Below, piece after piece: positions 30,305 through 41,071 of a DNA stretch of 54,247 nucleotides (positions are counted from its first letter, which is position 1; each line of letters begins with the position of its first letter). The DNA is taken from assembly GCA_049289415.1 (NCBI GenBank), contig JBATLR010000031.1, positions 1 to 54,247 of the forward strand, read 5' to 3'. The notes under the pieces were generated by a model. That model was not told the origin of the DNA and did not search any database. It was given only the letters and a program-made list of their open reading frames with translations. Source of the DNA: Nitrospirales bacterium (GTDB lineage Bacteria > Nitrospirota > Nitrospiria > Nitrospirales > UBA8639). The translations under genes and the position numbers were made by a program.

Positions 30305-31408
30305 ATGATTTCCCAGCAGCAATGCCAAAACGCCTGCATATTGATCGTTGATGATCAAATGACCAATATTATGCTCCTGGAGAGCATTTTACAAAACGCC
30401 GGGTACAACCAAATCCATTCCACCCAAGATCCCACTCAGGTATTGCCTCTGTTTAAAGAGCTGGATCCAGATCTGATTTGTCTTGATATCCGCATGCCTG
30501 AACTCAACGGCTTTCAGGTGATGGGTCAACTCAAAATCATTCACCAACACGCGTTTCTCCCGATTTTGGTGCTCACGTCAGAAGACGACCGAGAGACCCG
30601 CCTCCGCGCATTAGAATCGGGCGCCAAAGACTTCCTGCATAAACCATTCGATAAGGTGGAAGTGTTAATGCGAATCCGCAATTTATTGGAAGCCAGCCTA
30701 CTGAACAAGACCGTGTCCCAGCAAAAGGCTTCCCTGGAGGAAACCGTCCGGATCCGTACACAGGAACTCAGAGAGACCCAACTCGACGTTGTCCACCGCC
30801 TTGCGCGTGCAGCCGAACATCGCGACAATGAAACCGGGGCGCATATCATCCGAATGGCTCACTTTGCCGTGGTCTTAGGACGCGCCGCCGGCATGACAGA
30901 AGAAGAGTGCGATGTGCTCTTTCACGCGACCCCCATGCATGACGTCGGGAAATTGGGGATTCCGGACCGGATCCTCTTGAAACCCGGAAAATTAGATCCC
31001 GAAGAATTTGAAATCATGAAACAACATACGGTCATCGGCGCCCAACTTCTCTCCCACAGCCACTCTCCCGTCCTACAAATGGGAGAACTGATCGCCCTTA
31101 CTCACCACGAAAAATGGGATGGCTCAGGCTATCCCAATCGCCTGGCCGGAATGGATATTCCGTTAGTCGGCCGAATTTGCGCCATCGCCGATGTCTTTGA
31201 TGCGCTCTCATCCAAACGGTGCTATAAAGACCCCTGGCCCCTGGATAAAACTCTCAAGGAAATGCACTCCCTGTCAGGGAAACAGTTCGATTCCCATCTT
31301 ATAGACTTGTTTCGTGAACTCCTGCCTGTAATGACCGACATCCAGCAAACCCACACGGATAGGGAGATTCCCAAATTCGACCTTCTGGAATCCAATTACC
31401 ACGCCTAA
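30305..31408 (+). CDS. Response regulator with HD-GYP c-di-GMP phosphodiesterase domain (RpfG-like)
   Basis: REC domain (IVDD, LDIRMP, HKPF) plus MHDVGK, HHEKWDGSGYP and ADVFDAL. Confidence 0.93.
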   Translation: MISQQQCQNACILIVDDQMTNIMLLESILQNAGYNQIHSTQDPTQVLPLFKELDPDLICLDIRMPELNGFQVMGQLKIIHQHAFLPILVLTSEDDRETRLRALESGAKDFLHKPFDKVEVLMRIRNLLEASLLNKTVSQQKASLEETVRIRTQELRETQLDVVHRLARAAEHRDNETGAHIIRMAHFAVVLGRAAGMTEEECDVLFHATPMHDVGKLGIPDRILLKPGKLDPEEFEIMKQHTVIGAQLLSHSHSPVLQMGELIALTHHEKWDGSGYPNRLAGMDIPLVGRICAIADVFDALSSKRCYKDPWPLDKTLKEMHSLSGKQFDSHLIDLFRELLPVMTDIQQTHTDREIPKFDLLESNYHA

Positions 31409-31745
31409 ACAACTCCCTTCCACCATTTGCGCTCCGTAGACCCGTTTCCTCCTTCTCTCTCATTCACCCACTTGCTCCTTTTAGGTTAGTACGTTTGATT
31501 TTCTCCCCGGCATTTGACGTTCAGAGAGCGTTTCATTCATTGCGTATCCAAATAGACCAGGGCGCTCAAAAGGATCTGGTCCTCCTTCGCAAATCCTTTG
31601 GCTCCAGGCGAATTCCCCACGAGTCTGATTGGTGGATGTAATGACCCCTCGGGATAATGCGGGATAAAGGCCCTGCCTCAACCTCCCTCGTGGCTCATGG
31701 CACTCCATTCTCATTTCTTTGTCACTCTTTTCCCGGACTTCCCCT

Positions 31746-31772
31746 TAATTTTACATTCCTTCCTTCCGACAA
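31746..31772 (+). promoter_or_regulatory. Putative sigma28-like promoter
   Basis: TAAT-N15-TCCGACAA upstream of the second HD-GYP gene. Confidence 0.35.
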
Positions 31773-31917
31773 AGTCAGTGGGCAACACTGTTATAGAAAA
31801 ACAGCCCACAACGGGAAAGATAATCTGCACTTTCTTTGCCCCATAATCAATCACAACCATGGGACTCGATTGCCAGACAAGCCCGCTCATGCCTTATGAC
31901 TGAAATCGAGAGTTAAC

Positions 31918-33297
31918 ATGCCTTTCGTTCCACTTCACGCAACAGCTCTACGACTGGGATTGTACATCAAGATTGAGGGATCCTGGTTCAGTCATCCGTT
32001 CCCAACCAATTCATTCAAAATCGAATCGGCGAAAGACCTCGAAACACTTCGTGGACTCACGAAGGTCAAGTTGTATTTCGATCCAGATCGTTCAGAACCG
32101 GAAGGTATTCATTCCGACCACACCAAGGCACCTGACCGGAAGAGGGTTCAAAGCACGGGAGAACAGAACAAAGAACCTTCGAACGAATCTGAGCCCATCA
32201 CCCCACAGGATTCCTCAGAGGAGGAAGCAACTCCGGAAGATCCTATTCAACGAAAAGTCGCCCAACATCAAGCCTTCCAGGTCTACCAGGAACATTTGCA
32301 AGCAGTTGGTGGGCAATTCCAGGAGGTGGTGCAAGAAGCCAAACTGGTCATGCAGGACGTGATCACCGGTCGCCCTCGAGGACTCCGAACGGCCCAGAAA
32401 ATTGTCAGCGAGCTTTATGAGATTCTCGATATCGCTGACAACTCGAGAGCACTGCTGAACCTCATCGGTTCCAACGAACCGAATGAGGAATTTTTTCTGC
32501 ATGCACTCAATGTCTGTTCATTATCTCTCATGATCGGGCAGGATTTAGGATTATCGCGGGAAGACGCTGAAAAACTGGCTCTCGGAGCTCTGTTTCATGA
32601 CATTGGCGAACTCAAGTTTCCGGCAGAGCAATTATTACGAAAAGGAGCAATGTCTGCTTCCGAACGGAAAAACTTTTTGAGTACGCATCCGAAATACGGA
32701 GTGGAGTTGGTCGAGAAATTGCCTAATTTCCCTTATGAAGCGATTGACGTGATTCGCCAGCACCATGAACGCCTCAACGGGTCAGGATTCCCAACAGGGA
32801 AAAAAGACGATCAAATCAGTCAGTTCGCCAAAATTGTCATGGTGGTGGATGAGTATGATGAATTGTGCCATCACCCGGATCCAGCCAAATCGCTCATTCC
32901 CTCAGAGGCCCTATCCTATTTATACGTCAAATGTCGGCACACACTATGGCATGACGCGGTCGTCTCGTTAATCAGTCAGTTGGGTGTCTACCCTCCAGGC
33001 TCACTGGTCAATTTGAGTAATCAGAAGATTGGAATCGTCACCAGCGTGAATCTCGCAAACCGGCTCAGGCCGGTCATCCTCGTCTATGATGAATACACCT
33101 CTCCGGATGAACCGATTATTCTGAACCTGTCTGAAGAGGATGAAGCACTCTCTATTGTCAGTGCCATTCGACCCGTTGACCTTTCTCCCAAAATCAGGGA
33201 ATGCCTCAACCCTCGTCGAATCATCAGCTACTTTCCCTCTGCCTCTTCCGCAGAATCCGGAGTCGGAGGTCTGCACACTCTGGCCGGATCCACATAA
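31918..33297 (+). CDS. DUF3391 + HD-GYP domain protein
   Basis: N-terminal LRLGLYI-x4-SWFSHPF (DUF3391-like), HDIGE, HHERLNGSGFP and GVYPPGSLV. Confidence 0.88.
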   Translation: MPFVPLHATALRLGLYIKIEGSWFSHPFPTNSFKIESAKDLETLRGLTKVKLYFDPDRSEPEGIHSDHTKAPDRKRVQSTGEQNKEPSNESEPITPQDSSEEEATPEDPIQRKVAQHQAFQVYQEHLQAVGGQFQEVVQEAKLVMQDVITGRPRGLRTAQKIVSELYEILDIADNSRALLNLIGSNEPNEEFFLHALNVCSLSLMIGQDLGLSREDAEKLALGALFHDIGELKFPAEQLLRKGAMSASERKNFLSTHPKYGVELVEKLPNFPYEAIDVIRQHHERLNGSGFPTGKKDDQISQFAKIVMVVDEYDELCHHPDPAKSLIPSEALSYLYVKCRHTLWHDAVVSLISQLGVYPPGSLVNLSNQKIGIVTSVNLANRLRPVILVYDEYTSPDEPIILNLSEEDEALSIVSAIRPVDLSPKIRECLNPRRIISYFPSASSAESGVGGLHTLAGST

Positions 33298-33366
33298 TCC
33301 CTGCACAGGAACGCCTCGCTCGACCATCCTCACGCACACACCCGTTGTCTTGTGCTCTGTGGAGAC

Positions 33367-33735
33367 CTATGGGCGTAAGGACCGCCCAACGATCTGACGG
33401 ATCCAGGCCACCCATGTCTTCCTCGTTTCAAGAGGAGCCTCGGGATCAGGATACTCCACCCACAGCTCCTGATTCCCAAGATACTGCTCACCAATAAAGA
33501 TGCGTTGGGTTCGTAATTGCCGATAGCCCCTCTCATGCAACATGTGAATGAGACCTTGCAGGACCTGGTCTTCCGTAGGAACGGGATCGACATCTATCTG
33601 AAGCGATTCATAGCGGAGCCTGGCCTGGAATCCTCCTTCATGGGGAATGACATGGATTTGCCGATTAAACCCACGGTCACGGTCATCCAGCCCGGCAACG
33701 TGAAAGATATGGACGTGAGGAGATGTGGAACTCAT
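33367..33735 (-). CDS. Hypothetical protein
   Basis: 122-aa ORF with natural composition that fills the gap between two + strand genes. Confidence 0.65.
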   Translation of the reverse strand: MSSTSPHVHIFHVAGLDDRDRGFNRQIHVIPHEGGFQARLRYESLQIDVDPVPTEDQVLQGLIHMLHERGYRQLRTQRIFIGEQYLGNQELWVEYPDPEAPLETRKTWVAWIRQIVGRSLRP

Positions 33736-34032
33736 ACGCGTAAGGCCCTATCATACCTCCGATGGTCATCTTCGCATAAGAGGAAAAAGGCCGTCGAGAC
33801 TTTGGAGGCACTTCCAGCCCTTGCCCGTTCCCATACAGCTTTTCTTCAGGCCACAGCCTGTCTTCGTCTAAAAGTCTGCGCTCCCGACTGACGGCATAGG
33901 CCATCAATTTCCGCTGAGTCCACTTGCACTCATTGGCGTGCATTTCGTATCGTGGTACCCAAAGATTGTGACTAAATCCTAGGGGAATATTTGTGTCGTT
34001 TTCCCCATTTTCATGTATTCCCATATGACCCC

Positions 34033-35754
34033 ATGCCAAGTCCGCTGTCCCTTCAAAGCTCGGTTGAACCCCCTCAAAAAAATCGAGGGCAAATCTTAGC
34101 TCTAGCCTTGCTTGTGGCCACAGTCGTTTTTGTCGTGGACCTCTTCCTCCCTATGGGAGTGGCCGAAGCGGTCCCCTACGTCGCTAGCGTGCTGATTGCC
34201 CTCCGGTCTCCGGATAAAAATGATCCGTTGCGTCTGGCAGGACTCTGTACCCTTTTAACAATCATCGGGTTTTATTTTTCGCCTTCGGGGGCTGAACCAT
34301 GGATCGGCATGACGAATCGATCGATTGCCTTATTTGCGATTTGGTCGACCGCCCTGTTGGCTATGCAGGTGAGAGAGTCTGACGAGGCGACTCGTGACCA
34401 AAGTTCCATGCTGACCGGCATATTGTCGAATATGCCGGCCGTGGCATTTCGCATCGATCAGAAAGGGGTCATGCATGATTCCTTCGGTCGCGGGCTGGCT
34501 CGTTTCGGGTTAAAGGAACTGACCGCCATTGGCCGTATTCCCTTGGAACCACCCGATCAGATAAAAAACCAGGTCAAAGAAGGCACTCTTGCCAATTCGG
34601 TGTTTTACGAGAGCAATGGAATTCTGCAGGGGAAGCCCTGGTGGTTTTTAAATTGTCTGTGCAAATTGGAAGGCGACCAACCGGGCCTCATTGGGTTTGG
34701 CATTGATATTACTGATCGTAAGCGTGCCGAGCGACGCCTGGCCTTGCACGATGTCATCGCAGACATCCTGACCACCGCGTCTAGCATTTCAGAGACATAT
34801 CCTCAAATTCTCAAAGCCATTTGCCACACGCTGGAATGGAAGGTGGGCATCCTCTGGCGAATGGACTATCAACGACAGGCCCTGGGAGCGACCCTCATTT
34901 GGCCATCGGACTCTCCTCAAGCTCAAGCCATGTCATCAGCACACTCCGGTTGGGCGCTCACGCCTGCTGTAGGACTGGCCGGGCAGGTGTGGGCCACTCG
35001 AAACCCTCTTTGGATCAAGGACGTTGCCGACTACCCCAAAGACCCTAGAAGCCAGACGGCCTTGGAAGTGGGACTTCATGCCGGATTCGCGATTCCCATT
35101 TGCCTGGCTGAGAATACGAGAGCGGTTCTCGAATTTTTCTCCCCATACCCGGAGGAAGCGGATGATATGTTGCTTCAACGGCTTTCGAATATCGGTTTTC
35201 AAATTGGCCAGTATATCGAACGGGAGCATAAGGAACGTCGACTGGCCACGCATCACAGTTTAACCAATGTTCTCGCGGAATCTGCTGGAATGACTCAGGC
35301 GGCTTCCCTTATCCTGGAAGCCATTGGTGACAATTTAGGATGGGATCTCGGAGCTATTTGGACACTGGACTCCTCACAACAGGTCTTGCGTTGCCTCAAT
35401 GTCTGGCATTCCCCTCACTTAAATCTGGATGCCTTTCGGCAGGAATCCCAATCGATAACGTTTGCACGAGGGGTGGGATTACCCGGTCGGGTTTGGAAAA
35501 GCGGCAAACCGTCATGGATTACCGATGTGGTATCCGACCCGAATTTCCCGCGCGCGGCTGCTGCCGCACAAGAAGGTCTCCATTCCGGATTCGCCTTCCC
35601 TGTGAAATCGGGGACCGAAATTGTTGGTGTCATTGAATTTTTCCACAGGGATATTCAAAAGCCCGACAAAGAACTGTTGGCCATGTTTGCCTCCATTGGT
35701 CTTCAAATTGGCCAATTCATCCAGCGGACCGCCAAGCAAAGTCCCAATGGATAA
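34033..35754 (+). CDS. Membrane sensor protein (about 4 TM + PAS-like + two GAF domains), no output domain
   Basis: Hydrophobic N-terminus, a DITDRKRAE PAC end and two similar GAF repeats (GLAGQVW / GLPGRVW, LEFFS / IEFFH). The start was placed at ATG 34033. Confidence 0.8.
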   Translation: MPSPLSLQSSVEPPQKNRGQILALALLVATVVFVVDLFLPMGVAEAVPYVASVLIALRSPDKNDPLRLAGLCTLLTIIGFYFSPSGAEPWIGMTNRSIALFAIWSTALLAMQVRESDEATRDQSSMLTGILSNMPAVAFRIDQKGVMHDSFGRGLARFGLKELTAIGRIPLEPPDQIKNQVKEGTLANSVFYESNGILQGKPWWFLNCLCKLEGDQPGLIGFGIDITDRKRAERRLALHDVIADILTTASSISETYPQILKAICHTLEWKVGILWRMDYQRQALGATLIWPSDSPQAQAMSSAHSGWALTPAVGLAGQVWATRNPLWIKDVADYPKDPRSQTALEVGLHAGFAIPICLAENTRAVLEFFSPYPEEADDMLLQRLSNIGFQIGQYIEREHKERRLATHHSLTNVLAESAGMTQAASLILEAIGDNLGWDLGAIWTLDSSQQVLRCLNVWHSPHLNLDAFRQESQSITFARGVGLPGRVWKSGKPSWITDVVSDPNFPRAAAAAQEGLHSGFAFPVKSGTEIVGVIEFFHRDIQKPDKELLAMFASIGLQIGQFIQRTAKQSPNG

Positions 35755-35877
35755 TCGATGGTCTCGTAAATTAATTTTCGGCCTGATTGATTGGTAACCA
35801 ACGACATGCACGTGGGGTATCTTTTCCTGGCAACATTGATGACCTATCATCCGAATCTACCGCCTCCCTCCTAAAAA

Positions 35878-37587
35878 ATGGCTGCTACTTTTCCAGTGCT
35901 TTCATGGGTTCATGGCCTTCATTTCAATAACATACGGGGAGACCTGTATGGTGGATTAGTGGCCGCGGTCGTGGCCTTACCGTTAGCCTTAGCCTTCGGA
36001 GTGACATCTGGACTCGGGGCCATTGCCGGTCTGTATGGAGCTATTTTTGTGGGGTTTTTCGCAGCCCTCTTCGGCGGGACTCCTGCACAGGCCTCAGGAC
36101 CGACCGGTCCGATGACCGTGGTGATGGCCGGCATCATCTTGAACTTTGCCGATGAACCGGCATTGGCATTTACGGCTGTCATCCTCGGCGGGGTCTTCCA
36201 AGTCTTATTTGGACTGATGGGGTTTGGTCGGTATATCACCTTGGTCCCCTATCCGGTCATTTCAGGGTTTATGAGCGGCATCGGAGGAATTATTCTCATT
36301 CTTCAGGTTGCCCCCTTTCTCGGCTTGGAAGCGAAGTCCAAAGTCGTGGCCAACCTCATGGCCATGCCTGAGTACCTCGCATCGTTTTCTCTCCCCGCCA
36401 TGTTAGTGGGGTCTCTCACACTGGCCATTGTCTATCTCACTCCACCCTTTATCGGCAAACGTCTTCCCCCGGTGTTATTGGCTCTCATCGTTGGAACGAT
36501 GGTCGCTGAGATGCTCTTTCCAACCCTTCCGGTTATCGGAGACATTCCTACAGGATTTCCCACGCCCATTTGGCCGACCATGCATACGAATACTCTCGTC
36601 ATGATGGTTGAAGAAGCCCTCGTCCTGGCCTTATTGGGAACGATTGATAGCCTGCTGACTTCTCTCGTGTGTGACAATATGACACGGACCCAACATGACT
36701 CCAACCGGGAATTGATCGGCCAGGGCATTGGCAATATGGCTGCGGGGTTTTTCGGAGGCCTTCCCGGAGCCGGGGCCACCATGCGATCCGTGGCAAACAT
36801 TCGAACCGGAGGCCGCACACCTCTCTCGGGCATGTTTATGGCGGTCGTCCTTCTAGGCACCCTGCTTGGCTTAGGACCACTAGCCGAAAAAATTCCACTT
36901 GCGGTCCTCGCCGGTCTGCTTATCAAGGTCGGATTCGATATTATCGATTGGCGCTTTCTGAAACATATGGTGCAAGCTCCACGAACCGAGGTTCTGGTGA
37001 TGATCGTAGTCTTGTTGGTCACTGTATTGGTCGACCTCATCACGGCCGTGGGCATTGGCGTGGTACTGGCCAGCGTGATGTTCGTGAAGCGAATGGCCGA
37101 TCTGGAACTTGAAAATCTCAGTGTGATCACGGGTGACTCGAAAGAAACACCGCTGTCCAAAGAGGAACAACGTATCCTGGACCGAAACCGTGAGCGCATT
37201 ATCATGATTCATGTGAATGGGCCGATGAGCTTCGGATCGGCTAAAGACATGGTTCGTCGGTTAGAATCGGTGAAAAGTTTCAATACCTTTTCCAGCGTGG
37301 TTCTCGATCTCACATCGGTACCTTCCATCGACGGAACCGCTGCGTTAGCCATCGAAGACATGCTGGTGATGGTGAAAACTCATCAGCAGGATGTCTTTTT
37401 CGTGGGTATGCGTCCGGGAGTTGCTCGAGTTCTCAAAGGACTCGGGGTGCTCGATCAAGTCCCACCCGAGCATCGATACCCTCTTCGGTTGGATGCCTTA
37501 CGCCACGCCGCTTATATAGGCGGATCCACCCATCCGTACGATGTCGCTCCAACAGAAATTCAATCTGAACACCCAGAACCTTCATGA
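35878..37587 (+). CDS. SulP/SLC26 anion transporter with STAS domain, BicA-like (probable bicarbonate transporter)
   Basis: VALPLALAFG, GPTGPMTVV, IDSLLTS, NRELIGQGIGN and GAGATMRS motifs plus a C-terminal STAS domain. Confidence 0.9.
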   Translation: MAATFPVLSWVHGLHFNNIRGDLYGGLVAAVVALPLALAFGVTSGLGAIAGLYGAIFVGFFAALFGGTPAQASGPTGPMTVVMAGIILNFADEPALAFTAVILGGVFQVLFGLMGFGRYITLVPYPVISGFMSGIGGIILILQVAPFLGLEAKSKVVANLMAMPEYLASFSLPAMLVGSLTLAIVYLTPPFIGKRLPPVLLALIVGTMVAEMLFPTLPVIGDIPTGFPTPIWPTMHTNTLVMMVEEALVLALLGTIDSLLTSLVCDNMTRTQHDSNRELIGQGIGNMAAGFFGGLPGAGATMRSVANIRTGGRTPLSGMFMAVVLLGTLLGLGPLAEKIPLAVLAGLLIKVGFDIIDWRFLKHMVQAPRTEVLVMIVVLLVTVLVDLITAVGIGVVLASVMFVKRMADLELENLSVITGDSKETPLSKEEQRILDRNRERIIMIHVNGPMSFGSAKDMVRRLESVKSFNTFSSVVLDLTSVPSIDGTAALAIEDMLVMVKTHQQDVFFVGMRPGVARVLKGLGVLDQVPPEHRYPLRLDALRHAAYIGGSTHPYDVAPTEIQSEHPEPS

Positions 37588-37787
37588 GGTATGCTTTTTG
37601 ATAACGTAGCCTTCTCTGTTTCTGAAAAAGCATTCATAGTGTAAGCTGAGGAACTCCGCCCTGCCCTCACCCCTTTAAAGGCCTGGATGCGAGAGAGATC
37701 ACCAAGCAATGGATTGACCCTAGTGATATTGGTTTAATCAGTCAGACTCTATCTGGGACCACCGGTCCGAAAGGTTACCCAACTGAA

Positions 37788-39380
37788 ATGAAGACAACAG
37801 TTCCTCAAGCGCTCATACAGAATTTCCTGAACCACACTCCAACCTGGTACAAGCTGACCATTCTGGGATTCTTAATCCTCAATCCCATCTTGTTGATGAG
37901 CATTGGGTCATTTTACACCGGATGGATCCTCATCCTGGAATTTATTTTTACGCTGGCCCTGGCTCTCAAAAGTTATCCGCTACAACCCGGTGGCTTGCTC
38001 GCACTTGAAGCCGTCCTATTGGGAATGACTACACCCGCTACGGTCTATCATGAAGCGCTCAATAATTTCCAAGTGATCCTGTTATTGATTTTCATGGTGG
38101 CCGGGATCTACTTCATGAAAGATTTGCTCTTGTTTCTGTTTACGAAAATTTTATTGGGCGTCCGTTCAAAAATTTTGTTGGGTCTCTTGTTTTCCATCAT
38201 GGGTGCCTTCCTTTCGGCATTTCTCGATGCCTTGACTGTCACGGCGGTCATCATTGCCGTCGCCTTGGGTTTTTATAACATTTACCACCGGGTGGCCTCT
38301 GGCAAATCGTCTCAAACCTCTCATGATTCGACGAGCGATCATGAGATCGGCTCGCTTCACCGGGAAAATTTAGACAACTTCCGAGGCTTTCTTCGAAATT
38401 TATTAATGCATGGAGCGGTGGGAACAGCATTGGGTGGAGTCTGTACTCTCGTGGGGGAACCCCAAAATTTATTGATCGCAGACAAGGCAGGCTGGGAATT
38501 TATGGAGTTCTTATTGCGTATGGCCCCTGTGACCATTCCGGTCTTAGCCACGGGATTGTTCACCTGTATGATCGTTGAAAAAATGCGCTGGTTTGATTAT
38601 GGCTTTCAACTCCCTGATCCCGTTCGCGTCATTTTGTTGGATTTCGAAACTGAACAACAGAAACGACGGGATTCCGGGGACACGGCCAAGCTTATTATTC
38701 AAGCGATTGCCGGCATTTGGCTGATTTTTGCCTTAGCCTTTCACCTGGCGGAGGTGGGAATCATCGGACTCACGGTGATCGTATTTATTACCGCCTTTAA
38801 CGGGATTATCGAAGAACATCAACTTGGAGAGGCGTTTAAGGAAGCGCTTCCTTTCACGGCTCTCCTTGTCGTCTTTTTCGCCATTGTGGCGGTCATCCAG
38901 GATCAGAATCTGTTTTCCGGCATCATCGGGTATGGATTAAGTCTGCAAGGATCTCATCAAATCGGCATGTTTTATCTGGCCAATGGTGTGCTTTCGGCTA
39001 TCAGCGACAATGTCTTTGTTGCGACGGTTTACATTCAGGAAGTGCTCCGTGCCTTCCAGGCGGGCACCATTACCCGCGACCAATTTGACCTTTTGGCCGT
39101 TGCCATTAATACCGGCACGAATATCCCCAGTGTGGCAACCCCCAACGGACAAGCCGCATTTTTATTTTTATTAACCTCCTCACTGGCTCCGGTTATCCGC
39201 TTATCCTATGGAAAAATGGTATGGATGGCACTTCCCTATACGTTGACCATGGCAAGTGTCGGCCTGTTTTCCGTATATTTTTTGTTGGATCCGGCGACAG
39301 CATATTTATATGAGACCGGACTCATCCAACACCATAGCTTAAGTAGCCCGGGCACTCCCACAGAACCGCTGGTGCATTAA
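37788..39380 (+). CDS. nhaB: Na+/H+ antiporter NhaB
   Basis: [41 protein letters not shown] and [23 protein letters not shown]. Confidence 0.96.
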   Translation: MKTTVPQALIQNFLNHTPTWYKLTILGFLILNPILLMSIGSFYTGWILILEFIFTLALALKSYPLQPGGLLALEAVLLGMTTPATVYHEALNNFQVILLLIFMVAGIYFMKDLLLFLFTKILLGVRSKILLGLLFSIMGAFLSAFLDALTVTAVIIAVALGFYNIYHRVASGKSSQTSHDSTSDHEIGSLHRENLDNFRGFLRNLLMHGAVGTALGGVCTLVGEPQNLLIADKAGWEFMEFLLRMAPVTIPVLATGLFTCMIVEKMRWFDYGFQLPDPVRVILLDFETEQQKRRDSGDTAKLIIQAIAGIWLIFALAFHLAEVGIIGLTVIVFITAFNGIIEEHQLGEAFKEALPFTALLVVFFAIVAVIQDQNLFSGIIGYGLSLQGSHQIGMFYLANGVLSAISDNVFVATVYIQEVLRAFQAGTITRDQFDLLAVAINTGTNIPSVATPNGQAAFLFLLTSSLAPVIRLSYGKMVWMALPYTLTMASVGLFSVYFLLDPATAYLYETGLIQHHSLSSPGTPTEPLVH

Positions 39381-39521
39381 TAATTGGAGAAGTCAGATAC
39401 TGGGAGGATTAAAAGAAACGGCGTCTTTGCAGCAAGGTTGCCCCATGGCTCGATGCAAGGGAGGAATAGAAAAGTGAACCACTTCTGAAGCCATATCATT
39501 TGTTGTAGCCCTCGCCTCTTA

Positions 39522-40601
39522 TTACGGGACAAGTGTCGCAACGGTTTCATTGCCCTGAATCACTCGTTCCGGATAGAGGACAATTTCCACACGACGATTT
39601 TGGGCTCTTCCCTCCTCGGTCTCATTCGTCATCACCGGTCGTATGTCGGCATAGCCCGTCGCTGAAAATTGTTTTGGATCCATTCCGGTTTGCTCAATCA
39701 GATACCGTAACACTGTCGTGGCGCGTGCGGTTGAAAGTTCCCAATTTGTGGGATACTGTTTTTGTAGTTGTCCATATATGGGGTGGTTGTCCGTGTGGCC
39801 TTCCACTTGAATATTTTTCCCTGGCACCGTCGCTAACACCTGGCCCACCTGCTTCATGATCTTGAGCCCCAGAGGGGTCAACTCTGCTTCACCGGATTCA
39901 AACAGGACTTGTCCCAGCATGGTCAGGACTAATCGATCCTGGTGTTGGGTCACCACTAGACTGTTGCCAAACTTGTCCTCAAGCGCCTTGGTAATACGAT
40001 CAATCTCCTCTCCGACTGTGAGCACTTCATATTTGACCTTCTCCAGTTGGGCTTCCTGAGCTTCCCGAGCTTTTCGGACCAATTCCAACTCATGTTTTAA
40101 ACGCTCCACTTCTTTGAACCTGGCCTCCAGGGCCGAAAGCTCTTTTTCCAACTGACCATTCTGTTCACGAAGGTGGGACATCTGGCTGATTTGCCCGTCT
40201 AAACCCGACCTGACCTTTGTGAGCGCGGCTGTCAAATCATGAAAATCCACCGGCTCTCCTCCAAAAAGAGGATCGGACAGAGAAACGATTCCTTCCGGGT
40301 TGACGAGTTTCCGAATTTGCGTATACAGCGCTTCGACTTCTTGTTGGACCGCGCCTAACTGTTCTTCCTTAATTTGATCTTGCACTTCAACGGTATGCTC
40401 AAGGGCCGTCTTAGTTTCTTGAAGCTGCAGGACTTCTGTTTGCTTCTCTTCAACAGCCTGCTGCAAGCGTTCAAGTTCCGCTATCGTGGACTCTTGGTTT
40501 TTTTCGTATTCTTGGAGAGCACGTTCATGTGATTGTTGACTCACACAACCGACCACAATCGTACATGCCACTGCCGCAAGTAAAGTGTTACCCAGTTTCA
40601 T
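39522..40601 (-). CDS. Lipoprotein with a long coiled coil and a C-terminal OmpA/MotB peptidoglycan-binding domain
   Basis: Lipobox VVGC, a Glu/Gln-rich coiled coil, VEGHTD, NWELSTARA and NRRVEI, with a GAAGGAG Shine-Dalgarno before ATG 40601. Confidence 0.9.
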   Translation of the reverse strand: MKLGNTLLAAVACTIVVGCVSQQSHERALQEYEKNQESTIAELERLQQAVEEKQTEVLQLQETKTALEHTVEVQDQIKEEQLGAVQQEVEALYTQIRKLVNPEGIVSLSDPLFGGEPVDFHDLTAALTKVRSGLDGQISQMSHLREQNGQLEKELSALEARFKEVERLKHELELVRKAREAQEAQLEKVKYEVLTVGEEIDRITKALEDKFGNSLVVTQHQDRLVLTMLGQVLFESGEAELTPLGLKIMKQVGQVLATVPGKNIQVEGHTDNHPIYGQLQKQYPTNWELSTARATTVLRYLIEQTGMDPKQFSATGYADIRPVMTNETEEGRAQNRRVEIVLYPERVIQGNETVATLVP

Positions 40602-41071
40602 AGTGCCTGCTCCTTCGCGTTTACCGCCTCTCCTCACCCCAGGTTCTCTACTATCAATGACACCTGAGAATTCAAGCCTGGTTGGTAACTTTGGGCCTAT
40701 ATGGCTTCAATCCACTCTTCTGGGTGCCATGGCCAACCTTCGTGACCGGAAGGTTCTTTCACCACCAAAGAGAGCAGAGAAGATTATTCTCGGCATTCTG
40801 AATAGGACACTTGAGAAGACCTGCAGAAACAAGGAGGAAGTTGCTCCAAGAGTTCAGAATGACCTGTCAATATTTCCCAATGAGCACAACCGACACTGTT
40901 TCAATTCACAGGGGATCAATGCAGAAAGATGAAGAAAGAAAATGTTGGCGCGGAAGGGTATTGGGAATGGGAGAAGTTTGATCGTTATCTCTCGTGCTCA
41001 CCAACCGAGAGATGTCCAAGTCATGGTTCATCAGAAACTATCGTCTTTGTCGCGATTGCCGGCTTCATCCT

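Noticed and set aside
30048..30308. 86-aa ORF before the response regulator
   Set aside because: It overlaps the predicted promoter region and has no recognisable domain.
16187..33990. c-di-GMP riboswitches in the pilus and HD-GYP intergenic regions
   Set aside because: I recognised no GEMM-like motif by eye. An Rfam scan would be needed to exclude one fully.
36432..37205. Long antisense or alternate-frame ORFs (also 25876-26571, 21478-22062 and 28350-28961)
   Set aside because: These are shadow ORFs of well-supported genes.
37588..37787. Na+/Li+ riboswitch upstream of nhaB
   Set aside because: No GGGTG...GTCGG-like core or terminator is visible in this intergenic region.
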